Part shown: in pieces, positions 28,701 through 41,538 of the stretch
How positions within the stretch are numbered: the stretch's first letter is position 1
How the letters are laid out: the number at the start of each line of letters is the position of its first letter
NCBI GenBank assembly: GCA_021613535.1
Contig: CP075495.1
Coordinates: 12,772,001-12,836,000 of the forward strand
Direction: 5' to 3'
From: Adineta vaga
Taxonomy: Eukaryota; Animalia; Rotifera
DNA: 64,000 bases
Program-made: the position numbers and the translations under genes
Notes under the pieces: generated by a model
What the model was told of the DNA's origin: nothing
Database searches by the model: none
The model's input: the letters and a program-made list of their open reading frames with translations, nothing else

Positions 28701-31700
28701 AAAACGGATAATCATTAAAAAATTGTCTATTTCTCTCTAGGCTGAATCATTGATTGTTAGTATGTTCTGTACACCAGACAATCAAATTTATCCCAAAGAA
28801 GTCTTTCCACGTGATGCATCTTATCGTCAGTTAATGGCAATTAAAATTCCATTTTATTTCTTCGTTACACGAGTAATACGATTGTTTTCATTCACATCAT
28901 TGAAACAAACGCATCATTTACTTTTTTTTTCTATTAGGATAAAAATGCTGAATCACATATACATTCAGTAAAATCTCGTAAATCTTTGACTGAAACCAAA
29001 CTTGAACCACCGGAAAATACTGATGAAACTATAGCTATTAAAAACTCTCGTATTCGTATTCAATTACCCAAACTTGATGCAATTGATGCAAGTGGTCTTT
29101 TTCCTCAAACAAATCATCATGATAATCAATCGAATGGATTCTATACTGATTCAGAACTTGGCGGTAGGAAACAATACCTTTATTTTTGATACATATTCGA
29201 TTTCTTTTCCTTTTCTAGAAAGTGTCATCTATTCAGATTATTTAACAGGAAAAACGATGGGTGATTTTGTTGGTGTAAATGGTCTTGAGAAGAATATTAT
29301 TGAAGCAATTATGAATTTTAGTTATAATTTAACATTAGGAGATCTTGATGCTGCATTTAAAGCAATAAAAATTATTAAAAAGTAAGAAAAAATACTTGAA
29401 GAATAGGAATCAAAAGTATTCTAAATTATGTTTTCGTGTTATTTAGAGAAAGTGTTTGGGAAAATTTAGCACGTATGTGTGTTTTAAATCGACGTGCTGA
29501 TGTAGCAAAAATATGTCTTGGTAAAATGGGTTTATTTCGTGGTGCACGAGCTTTACGTGCCGTTGATCAAGATAATCCTGATACAAAAATAGCTGTTTTA
29601 GCAATACATTTAAATATGAAAGTATGTTCGATTGGATAGATTTGAAATAATGTATTTTTTTTTTCGTTGATTTGAATTTCAAAGGAAGAAGCAGAAAAGA
29701 TTCTCCTTCAATCAAAACAATATGATCTTCTCAATCAATTATATCAATCAACAAATGAATGGGAAAAAGCAATTGATATAGCTACACATTATGATCGAAT
29801 ACATTTACGAAATACCTTTTATAATTATGCGAAGCATTTCGAAGAAAATAATCAATTAGACAAAGCTATTGAATAGTAAATATGAAAAATTTCAATTTCT
29901 CTCAATATATTATTATTCAATGTTGATAGCTATGAAAAATCAGGAACACAAATAACAGAAGTACGACGAATGTTTCTCGATCGAAAAGATATGACAGGAT
30001 ATAAAGCATATACAGCTAATAAAAATGATCCGTAAGTTTAATATTGATGATCAGTAAAATTGTAATTACATAATCTTTGCATTAGGAAATTATTTCGTTG
30101 GTGGGGTCGATATTTTGAAAGTCGAGGGAAAATTGACGATGCTTTAGGATGTTATCGTAAAGCGAACGATAATCTATCACTTTGTCGATTACTTTGTGAA
30201 CAAGATCAACCAACAAAAGTAAAAATATATTTGATACATTTGATTCTATTCTCTCATGTCAATTTTGTTAGGCTATTGAATTATGCTCAGATACTGGAAA
30301 TAAAGCGGCTTGTTACCATATGGCACGATATTTTGAAAAGAAAGGCGATTTTAAACAAGCCATTGCTTATTTTCAACAAGCATCTGCGATTAGTAATGCA
30401 ATGCGACTTTGTCGAGTATGTTCCGAACGGATATTGAACGATATAAACTAATAGATAATATATTCTATTCATTTAGGATAATCGTTTGGATGAATATATG
30501 GCTAATATTGCTGTACAAGGTACACCTGATGATATGCTTGAAGCCGCACGATACTTTCAAACTCTACCTATGCAAGAAGATCGTGCTATTTTACTCTATC
30601 ATAAAGTATATTCATATAAGAAAATAGAGAACAATATATACATGTAGAATCTAATTTAGGCTGGATTGACTTCAAAAGCAATTGATCTAGCATTTAAACA
30701 TGAACGATATTCAGCATTAGCACAAATTGCAGATAGGTGAGTTTTTTCTTTTTTAGAGGAAAATTTCGTTTCGTAAGTTTATGTTCTTTTCTTTTTATTA
30801 ATTTAGTGTTGGAAAGAATGTTGATCCAACTCAAGCTACTCGAATGGCGGATTATTTCATGCAATTGAAACAATTCGATAAAGCTGTTGATTTACTTGCT
30901 GCTATTGATCGAGTTAGTTTTTATTAAAATTTTATATTCTACAGATTTTATGATCATTATCGTTATTTAACTAGGTTGATGAAGCGGCAGATTTAGCAAT
31001 TCGAAATGAAATACCATTAACAGAAGAATTACTTGAAAGATTAAGTCCAGCTAAACGTACGATCTCATGATTTTTAGTTGAGGATTTTTCTTCATACTTT
31101 TCGAGATTTTGTTTTTTCAGCTACAATTGAAGAAGATATACCTAGATATCAAGCTATCTGTGAAAAATTAGGTGATCTAGCTGCCAGTCAAGGAGCATAT
31201 GCTGGTGCGGCCAAGAAATATCTTGATGCTGGCAATAAAATAAAAGTAGAATTTTATGTTCATTTGTCTTCAAATCTTCTTCTTTTTATTTTAGTCAATT
31301 CGTGCATTGATTCATTCGGGTGATGTAGAACGTATCACTGTATTTGCAAATGTTGCACGTAATCGTGAAGTTTATTTACTCGCTGCGGATTATTTGAAAA
31401 CATTGGATTGGAAAAAACATCCTGATGCATTACAAAACATAATGACTTTCTATAAAAAAGCAAGAGCATTCGAAAGACTTGCACAATTTTATGATATGTG
31501 TGCTCAAGTATGTTAGGAACTTTTAACAGTTGGAAAATAAAAGAATTATGTATCTTTGTTTCTTAGATTGAAATTGAAGAATATCATGATTACTCAAAAG
31601 CATTAGGTAAAAGATAAGATTTCAATTGATCTATCATTTTTATACAATTCGATGTTTATTCATCTAGAGGCATTAATGGAAGCATATAAAATATTGCGAG

Positions 31701-32330
31701 ATAATGGAGAAAATACATTTACGAAAGATGAAACATTGCAAAATTTGGAATTAAAATGTCGAAATATAAAACGATTTCTTGATGCTCGAGAGTAAGAAAA
31801 TAGATTTAGAATTGATATTATCATGTTTTTGTTCAGTCGATATACTAGTGATCCAGAAACTGGCGCTCGAGAATTAGCTGGTCTATTAAGCGATCAAAAA
31901 ATTTTTAACGGAGTTCAACCAGGTGATCTCTATGGTATATTAATTGAACATTTTGCACGTCGAGAAAAGTATAAACAAGTAAAATAAAAACAAAATCTTC
32001 GTTACATCATATATTAAAGGTTCTATTTCAAAAATAGGCTGGTATGCTCTTGGATGAATTGCAACAACATGTTTCTGAACCTTATTTTTCTCATTATGTT
32101 AATCCAAGTATACTGTCAGCTATCTATAGTGCAACTGGACGTAAAATGGGTGCATCGGATAGTACGGTTTATGACAATGATGATGGAGATTCAACAGAAA
32201 GGGAAGATATGATGATGATAATGATCAAAATGATCGACGACAACAACAAAAACATGGACATTTAGGGAAAAATCATACGTATGCTGAAGAGATTGATGAT
32301 AATCTTGATTATGGATCGATCGATGATTAA
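25799..32330 (+). CDS. IFT140: Intraflagellar transport protein 140 (IFT-A)
   Basis: About 30 exons: MATQYFEHR..MEWHPSLNILAVAS (WD40), FSYNLTLGDLDAAFKAIK, VWENLARMCV, DRIHLRNTFYNYAK, NKAACYHMAR, SGDVERITVFA, DMCAQIEIEEYHDYSKAL. Apparent frameshift near 32200 in the last exon. Confidence 0.95.
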
Positions 32331-32679
32331 AAGCAAAATGTTTTGTACAAAGTTTTGTTTTTCTATAAACAAAGAAGATTTCTTTTGAAAAAGAAAATAA
32401 TTTCGGCTTTGTTTGTTTATTTACAAACAATAAAATCATCTCTTAAATAAACATCAAAATGTTACTGAAAAAATATGATTATCCAACACCAGTGATTGTT
32501 CGATATGAGTCATGATGATTGATTTCGATAATACATTGTCATTATTTATTTGCTATTTATTCAAATTGTACGATAGTGTTAATAGAACAAAAACGGATGC
32601 AATCGATCTATATTACATTGATAACGGAAAAATCTGTACGAGAATAAAATTTATATGTAAATGATCAGTTTCTTAATCA

Positions 32680-33415
32680 TCATTCCATATGTGCATTAGC
32701 ATGTTCTAGACGATTGATACGTGTAAAACTTGATGGAAACATCATATAACAAAGAGGACATTTATTATCCGAATCATCTTTAGAAGAATCGTTTGGTTCT
32801 GACGTTGAGTTTGCTTGTTGTGAATCACTAAAAACCTAGAAACTGTTTAAGAATGAATATTCAAATAAATAAAATATACGTTATATGCTCTGAATTGAGT
32901 GTTGAATCAGATGATCGTGTTTCTGATGAAGCGTTATTTTCCGTTCTTTTATCATCGTTCCTTCTGTGTCTTCTTCGATTTCTTGCACTTTTTAAAGCGT
33001 CTTTATCTGTCTCTTCAGTTCTTTCAACAACATTTAAAAAATCTACTTCAGACTTCGAATATCTAAGTTCACTGAGTTTATATTTTAATTTTTGACATGC
33101 TTTGCGTAGTTCATTAAATAAACTTTCTTGTTGAGCATTGTAGTAGTTATCAGTGACTTCCAGATTTTCTTCCAACTGTTTCTTTAGTAAACATTTTTCA
33201 TTGTTGTATACATTATCCAGAAGGTATTTTTGTTTCGTAGCGTGATCATTGATTTCTTGGATAAAATTAGAACACCATTCATCTATTTGAACAATTTTTG
33301 ACTTATAATCGTCTTCCATAATCTCACAATGTTTCGCAAATACTGCATTAATTTCATTCACATATTCATTTGTTAGACGTGTTTTTCTACAACGTCTTTC
33401 ACTTCCATCTGTCAT
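32680..33415 (-). CDS. Coiled-coil protein with C-terminal UBZ1-type zinc finger, tandem copy 1
   Basis: 184-aa helical ORF followed by an exon encoding CPLCYMMFPSSFTRINRLEHANAHME*. Homologous to copy 3 (LFNELRKACQKL vs LFNELYNACQLL). Splice frame at 32836-32880 is problematic. Confidence 0.75.
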
Positions 33416-33962
33416 TTTATGAAAATCTAGAAAATCTAATCTTTTTTTTGCATAATTATTGTTGTCAAAAAATCGTCATGAAACATTCTTTTTTTGTCAG
33501 TGTACAAAAAGTGATGCATTACCGACAACTTTCTGTGCCGTGCAATAGAAGAATTGTGAAAAATACATTAGACAACGTGAGAGAACACGCTGGCAAACAA
33601 ATAATCGGAAGAAAAGAAACAACAACTGTCATATAGTATAGCTTATTATGCAGGCGTTTATTTTATCGAAGTTGCTTGTAGATGTGTTCTCTGAAAAAAA
33701 GAGTGTTCCGATTCAGTTGTTTTCAGTTGAAAAGTAATCTCATAGATGTCTCATTGAAAATTCGAACATAATAGACTAACTAATACTTGACTTGATAATT
33801 CTATATTTCGAAAAAAAACGTGTGTTATTTTGTTTTTCTTAGATAAAACATGCATTTGCTGGTACATTATAGCTTCTTATCGGAATGTAAAGCATAATGA
33901 AAACAAAATCAATAGAAAAAAAAAAGAAAGAATGTCTCAAACCACATTTGAAGATTTTTTGG

Positions 33963-34490
33963 TCAACGATAATCATTGATATGGACATTTCGATCAAGAG
34001 ATGTCATTGTTGCTGGGTATATCATAAAACACGTGGGACATTTATTGTTTGAATCATCATTGTTAGTCGATGAGACGCCATGAGCATCAATTCTCGTTGT
34101 TGATGATTGTTCGCTAACCACAATTGAAAAACATTCGACCACTGAGCAGTTCAACATATTCAAACTTACTTTGTTCATTCTGAACGCGTCAGAGTAGAAC
34201 CCACGGATAATGGTTTATTTTCTTGCTCATTTTTCCTATCATCGTTCATACTTATATTACTTTAATGTAATTGATATTTTCTTAATAGTTCCTCGAATAG
34301 CTACTTAATATTCTAAGTTGGAACATTCAGCACGAAGTTGCTCGAATAATTCCTTTTGTATTGTGATCAGCTGGTTTCGCATTTCTTCCCAATGTCGATA
34401 GAATATCTCTCGAATATGATTTTCTTCGTTCGAACTGGCGGAATAATACCTATTAGGTGGATTCACATAAAGTGTCATCTGGCAAGAAAG
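33963..34490 (-). pseudogene. Decayed paralog (copy 2) of the coiled-coil/UBZ family
   Basis: NEENHIREIFYRHWEEMRNQ is fused directly to KELFEQLRAECSNLEY*, implying an internal deletion plus an in-frame TAA. Terminal CPTCFMIYPATMTSLDRNVHINDY lacks the last His. Confidence 0.75.
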
Positions 34491-34723
34491 ATCTGCAATA
34501 TATCAAAAAAATATATTTATGTACAAATAAAGAATATGTTTACAATTGATACTCTAAGTTCCACATTTACTAAGAACCGTATTGCTATAAACTAAATTAA
34601 ATTCTGCTATTGTATTTTTTGAAAAACATCTGTTCTATTATATTTATCTTTAAAATATACAAATAGAAAAACGACATTCAACTATCATTTATATCAAGTA
34701 AAACAAAATATTACATCCGAATT

Positions 34724-35463
34724 TTAATTATCTGTATAATGTTCATTTACATGTTGAAGACGATCATCTCTTGTTATATTCGTTGGATATAGCATAAAGC
34801 ATATGGGACATCGAACGAATTGATCATTGTCGGTATCATCTGTTTGAGCATTATAAATCGAAGTTTGTACTTCGGACGAATTCAAACTGCATCAAAAGGA
34901 TCAACTTTCTTATAAAAACTATAACATTTTGAAACAAACTCACTTCGAGTCTGTCAATGATGCTTTAACAGATAGATCTTGATTTTTAGCTTCATTCACT
35001 TGAGATTCATTCTTTTCCCTCTCATTGACCATACATGTTTCCCTTCTTTTTCTCTCTATTTGTTCTTCAACAGTTATCAGTTTATATCCATTCAATGTTC
35101 CAGTCGCAGATTCTAGTTGTACCATTTGAAATTCTAATAATTGACATGCATTGTATAGTTCATTGAATAATTCAACATTCTGAGCGTCACAGTATGCACG
35201 TGTCGTTTCCAAATGTTCTTCACATTGTTTTTGACAACGATGATGCAGTCGATTATAATCCGCATCGATAGATTGAATTAGTTCATCCGCATATTTATGC
35301 ATATCTTCGATTGTTTTCTCACGCCATGTATTAATTGTTTTACAGTTGCTGAAAATTGCTCTTTTATTTTTTCCTCATGATGAATAAATATTCCTCGAAT
35401 AGCATTTTCCGCATTAGTATTATTCGGTAACGGTTGACAAGATGGATTCAACGAGAAGGCCAT
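34724..35463 (-). CDS. Coiled-coil protein with C-terminal UBZ1-type zinc finger, tandem copy 3
   Basis: ORFs 35278-35463 and 34940-35302 join across a 1-nt frameshift near 35335. Phase-2 intron about 34888-34943. Last exon CPICFMLYPTNITRDDRLQHVNEHYTDN*. Confidence 0.8.
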
Positions 35464-35724
35464 TATTCTCCAAATATCTACAATTGTATATACACATTAA
35501 TATTTATAAATATGAATCGTTCATCGTTTCTATGGTACCGATTTCTCTTTACTAAAAAATTCATTTGCTTAACGCTTATTAGAGAGAGAGAGAAAAAAAT
35601 AAATGGAATGAATATAAATGTTTCCGGTGATATGTTGCCGAGCAAATCGTTGACAAACTTAAAAAATAACTATTCTAACATTATTAGTCTTTTCTTTGAT
35701 TTCATACTTATTTATACATATCGT

Positions 35725-38700
35725 ATGGCTGCTAGTAGTCACCGAGTCAGTTTTTCTGACGATAATCCATCACGAAATAAAAGTTACTCGTCATCTCAAT
35801 CATACAGATCATTCTTAAATATTGACGTAGATGAAGATAATATTCATCAGGAAGATAGACTTTCAGCGATATGTAAGTGGAATGTGCAAGAAATCGATTC
35901 GACGACTGCAACATCACCGATATCAAATATAGCACGGAAACAAAGATCCAACTCGAAGTTATCGATACCATCAACATTAAACACCGACGAAGTTCAAAGG
36001 GAAAAAGAGGTTCGGACAATATTAATGAAACTATAACAAAACAATTAAATGAACGAAAAGATTCTGAAAGTCAAAACTTAAGTGCACGCGGATTATTTCT
36101 TATACCACCAGAAATCTTTGAAAGTAAGTTACAATCTAGAAAATCATCTTTCTATATAACTTATTTTTAGTTTTGAATCTTCGTCGATTAATTCTATCAA
36201 ATAATAATCTCGCTCATTTGTCATCAACTATCTGTTCATTGGTGAATCTGGAATATCTTGATATATCACATAATCCATTGATTATAGAAAGTGATTTTTC
36301 GGATGATTTATGTTTTCCACAAGAATTTTCTTGTTTAAAAAATTTGCAAACATTAATTTTAGTTGAATGTAATTTAAAACATATTCCAGCAGTTATCTGG
36401 AATACAACTAGTTTACAAACACTTGATCTAAGTGGAAATAAAGTCGGATACATTTCAAGTGATATTGGTAAGTTGAATAGGTGTAATTCTATCATTCGAT
36501 CGAATTAGAAACTACTGAATTATAATCGTAATGTTTTGATATTCGTTGTTTTTCAGGAAATTTAATTCATATTCGACATCTTCGTTTGTGTCGAATGAAT
36601 CTTGTTACACTTCCAGCAGAAATTGGCTTTTGTGATCAAGTTCAAACAATAAATTTACTTGATAATCCCATTGATAATCTGCCTGAAACCTTAATTGAAT
36701 GTTGTCAATTATTTGAATTAAAATTAAATTATAAAAGATTTCATACATTACTCGATGAATATATCATAGAATTAATCAATGAAGGCAAAATTCAATCTCA
36801 GCACATTCCATCGGTAATATTTGAACTTGAAAATTTACGTCTATTAGATTTAGAGGAAACAAAAATAAATTTCATACCAATTGAACAAACATTATTCAAT
36901 TTAACTGAATTATATCTATCAAAAAATTCATTCTTTGCAATACCTGAATCAGTATGTATGATACCACAATTAAAAATACTTGATATTTCATCGAATTCTA
37001 TTCATACTCTATCAAAACAATTAATTAATCTCATACGATTAGAACAATTAAATTTATCACACAATAAATTAACGATACTTTCACAATTATTTGCTCGTTT
37101 ACCAATGTTAACCAAATTAATAGTTAGCCATAATCAAATTGATACAATTGAAAAAGATTTTTTACAAAGTCAATCATTATTGATATTGGATTTATCTTAT
37201 AATAATCTAAGATATCTTCCATACGAATTTTGTCATTTTACACAATTAGAAATGCTCGATCTACGATACAATCAAGTTGAATATCTACAATTATCTATGT
37301 GTCAAATGATTGGTCTTAAAACACTGAACTCTTTCAATGATGTTCTTCAACGAACTGGTCTTCATCTTCTAGGTAATCGAATAACTGATCCACCGAGTTC
37401 TATTTGGAAATCAACAGATATACAAATGTTATTCAATTATATGGAAATGAACGAAAAATGTTCATCGAATAGTTTCTATCATCTAAAAATAATTTTTATT
37501 GGACCAAAAAACTCCGGTAAAACAACATTTGTTATGAAACTTATTCAAAATCAAAAACATGTTTTGCGTACACGAAAAACTCTTGATAGATATATTTCTA
37601 CGATTCAAGATAAAGATCATCAACCAACATCAATTAATAATGATTATCTCTCTAGTTGTAGTAGTAGTAGTCATTCAGAAGTAGGTAGGGCATATCCACC
37701 ACCTTTGGAAACTTATCAATCAACTGAAACATTAACTAATATGATGAATAAATCAACATTTATCACGAAAAATAATTTATATTGTACAATTTTTGATATA
37801 ACAAGTGAACCAAGTTTTGAAATATTATATCCATTAATTTATGATTCAAACGCTTTATATATATTACCGATAAATCTAACGAATCTACTTAAAACATTAC
37901 AAAATATGAACAAGTAACAATATATTTCAAAATAACTCAATTGAATAATATATCTGTTTATTTTTCTAGAGATGATAGCCAAAGTTATACTGAATTGTTG
38001 ACCAAGGAATGGTTGCAAGAGCATATATTTCGGTATTTAGAACCATTATCCGATCTTTGCGAACGAGTAGGTATTGCTATCATTGGTCTTATTGATAATT
38101 CTCACATGTCATTGCTCGTTTCAAACGAACAAACACTTCTCGATGAAATTCATTCTCAAACAAATACATTTTTATCTGATATGAAAGGTCAATATGAGAA
38201 TATGAATCTATATTCTCATTGTTTTTCAACACCAATTCAATTCAATAATCCCGACATCTTATCAACATTTATTCAACAATTGGAAACAATCGCTCAACAA
38301 TGGAATTTTCGACATCATAAATATAAACAACAACTTGTTCAGCAACGTCTGGGTTTCTATCAACAGAATACTTTCGTTTTCAATTATGAAACTTGTTTCA
38401 AACATTTCGAAGAAAGAAATCTATCCGCATCAATTGTATTCAATGAGAATATGGATGGTGATGCAATCGAAATAAATCAACTAATCATGCAAGATGAAAT
38501 CAATCAAATGTCATTCGATGAATGTCTAAATTATTTGAAACTTCTCGGAGATATTCTACACTTTGGTCCGCAACCTCATTCAATCATTATTCTTAAACCT
38601 GATTATCTTATAAATAAAATCTTTGCTCATACACTATTTCGACCTCATCTTGATCGTTGGTTAAATTATCATACTAATGTAGTATTTCAATTTTCGGGTT

Positions 38701-39358
38701 ATTATTCTTCAGAAGAACTATTCGAGATCGATCGACAACGTTTGATCACACGTGGAGAATTCACATGGCGAATGTTAAAAGTTTTATTTTATGAACGTAC
38801 ATCAAATAATATCGAAATTAATGAACTAAGTATCGTGGATTACTGTCGTTTGATGCAACGATTATCTTGGCTATTTCATTGAATCAAATTTTAATAGTAA
38901 AAGAAAAATGATTTATTTCTACAAGTAATTTATTTTCTATTCTAGATTGTGAATATGCAACATGTTATTTTGTTTGTCCATGGTTAATGACTCAGATAGA
39001 CTGTAACATCGATTCACTTAACTTATTCAAACAGCTGAAACAAGAAGAATACTTGATAGATCAAAATTCGATGCATTCAATCACAATTCATAATAACCAT
39101 TCAAACTGCCTACCATATGGAATCTATCAACGATTATTAATTTGTTTACATCCTCTATTTAAAAAACGATTCGATTATGAAAAGTGCACATTCGGACAAA
39201 CGATGGATAAAAGTTTTCTTAAACTCGAATATATCAATGAAAAACATTACATTCGACTAACAGTTAATAATACTAAATTACTCGATTACATTCAAACGCT
39301 TCTCCTACAACGACTTTTCTCATTCTATCCCTGTGGAAAATTTCGAATAGAAACATAA
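35725..39358 (+). CDS. LRR-Roc-COR (ROCO, MFHAS1-like) protein
   Basis: About 15 LRRs (LxxLxLSxNxL), GNRITDPP cap, KIIFIGPKNSGKTT P-loop, Roc-like TIFDITS..NALYILPINL, COR-like LNYLKLLGDILHF..IILKPDYL and LPYGIYQRL. Frameshifts near 36010 and 38862. Confidence 0.85.
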
Positions 39359-39616
39359 ATAAAAATTCACATCATTCTTTTTTTATTTCTATGCTGTAAA
39401 AAATAAGCGAAAGGAAACAAAAATATTCGTCATATGAGTAGAACAAATCGTAGAATTAAAACTAGTTTGTATTAGCTACAACATATGGATGAACTTGAGA
39501 GCAAAAACCGAGAGGTAATTTATACCGTGATATAATACATATACATATAGTTATATACATACACACACTGTTGCTGAATTATAATACAAAGTGACAGAAA
39601 GAAAAGGCCAAAATGA

Positions 39617-40262
39617 TTAATCAGTAGCAGTAGGTGGTGGTGATGAAGTTGTAGCTATATTATTCTTTTTATCAGTAGCTAACTTATTATCATCATTTTC
39701 ATCATTCTCATCATCTTCCATTAATTGTTGATCAATATATTCTCGAACACGTCGTTCATAATCTCGACGATGATTTTGATAGAGCATTGCTGCTTCTGAA
39801 TTTGCCGGTGATGCAGGATTTGGATCAGTTAATAGAGAACGAATTGAAACAAGTAACGTTGAAACATCTAAACTAGCGCTCCAACGATGTTGTAAAATAT
39901 CCAGACAAATCGATCCGTCCATATCTGAATATGTAAAAATATGTTTAAAAACAATACAATGAAACTTTTCTCTTACAGATATTTGGATGAAAGACTTTAG
40001 TTACAAATTTCACATCAGGTGGATGATTTGGATAATCTTGAGGAAATTTAAGTGTTAAAACAAAACTTGCATCCTCAAATAGACTATCTTCTGGTCCGTC
40101 TAATATCGCATTCCATTGAAAAATATTATCAGAACTAGCAGGTGCAGCATTGATTCCTTCAACTGGATTTTGTGTCATATCACGTAAATCACGCATCAAA
40201 CGACGTTGAGCAGTGGTGGATGTCGTCGTCGTCGTCATTGATACAACAGACGATGAACTCAT
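39617..40262 (-). CDS. Ubiquitin-conjugating enzyme E2, RAD6/UBE2A-like
   Basis: [37 protein letters not shown]|[16 protein letters not shown] and [15 protein letters not shown]. One intron about 39925-39977. Confidence 0.92.
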
Positions 40263-41538
40263 ACTTGTTTGATAGAAATGAAGTATTATGTTATTAACAA
40301 AATAATCTAGAAAAAATATAATCTCGATTTGATTATGGTTGTCTTGTAGAGGACAATAATCATGTGGTAAGATGAAAAAAATAAGCAAAAGAAATGGCGC
40401 AGAAGAGTAATCGAACAGTACATATATACTTCGAACGTTAGTTGTTTATGACAAAATTTTAATGACTAAATATGCACTAGAATGTTGAAATACTAATTTT
40501 ATATTCTGATCTGACTGTCTTATCATCATCTAGAACATTCGGAAAACAACATTTTTAATGACCAATCGAAGAAAACAGATGTCGTCAAGTTTGCTTAGCT
40601 CGTCGAAGTTAAACAACCAATAGATATAAGACAAAATGATATATGGTATATAGAGAGAGAGAGAGAGAATAAGATAGAATGAACTAGGAATGGACGAAGA
40701 TACAATAGAAGTATTTGAGGGACAAAAATTGGAAAACAAAATATCAGTTGAGCATATGTTATTATATATATGAAAGAGATGTATCTATTATCATTTATCC
40801 TTATTTTTTCTCGTGTACTAATAATGAATTAATGTATAATAGTTCCTACGTTTGTTTTTATTAATAATGTTAAAACATCTGAAGAAACTTTGAGAGAAAA
40901 TGCACACTCCTTTCTCAACGAATCTTCTAGTAGCATTATCAAAAACGAAATTATTACATTGTATTATAATAATCGATCGCTTAATCAACAAGAAGCTCCA
41001 TGTACTATAATGTGAAGGATTTATTAATAGTTATGTAACAAAAGTAATGTACATACTGTGTTGTTTTATAACCAAGAACAAATACTATTGTTCAATAAGA
41101 AAATCTATATGAACAATAAGTATGTGTGTGCTAGTTCATTCGATTAAAAATTTAAGTTATGCATCGATAGCTATATAGAGCATCCGATGATGTCTGAATA
41201 TGTGCGATGTCAGATGTCGCTTTAGCAACTTATCAATTTGAATGAGTTACTGATGATTGTTAACTCCTACGAATGATGTATTTCTTACTTTATATAATTA
41301 AACTTCAGTTTATAAGTTTAATCTTGACACACATCAATGCATACTTAAAGATGATCTTATGATTCATTTATGTACAATATCATACACATTTACACATGAG
41401 AGACAGTGCACACAGTGACTATATATGTACACTGATTGGTTTAGTATATTGTTTCGATAGATATTCGTACAGAAGAAGAAAATACCCAAATTTGATATTG
41501 ATGTCATCATTTTTTTGTTTCTCTTCTATTGAGTTCAG

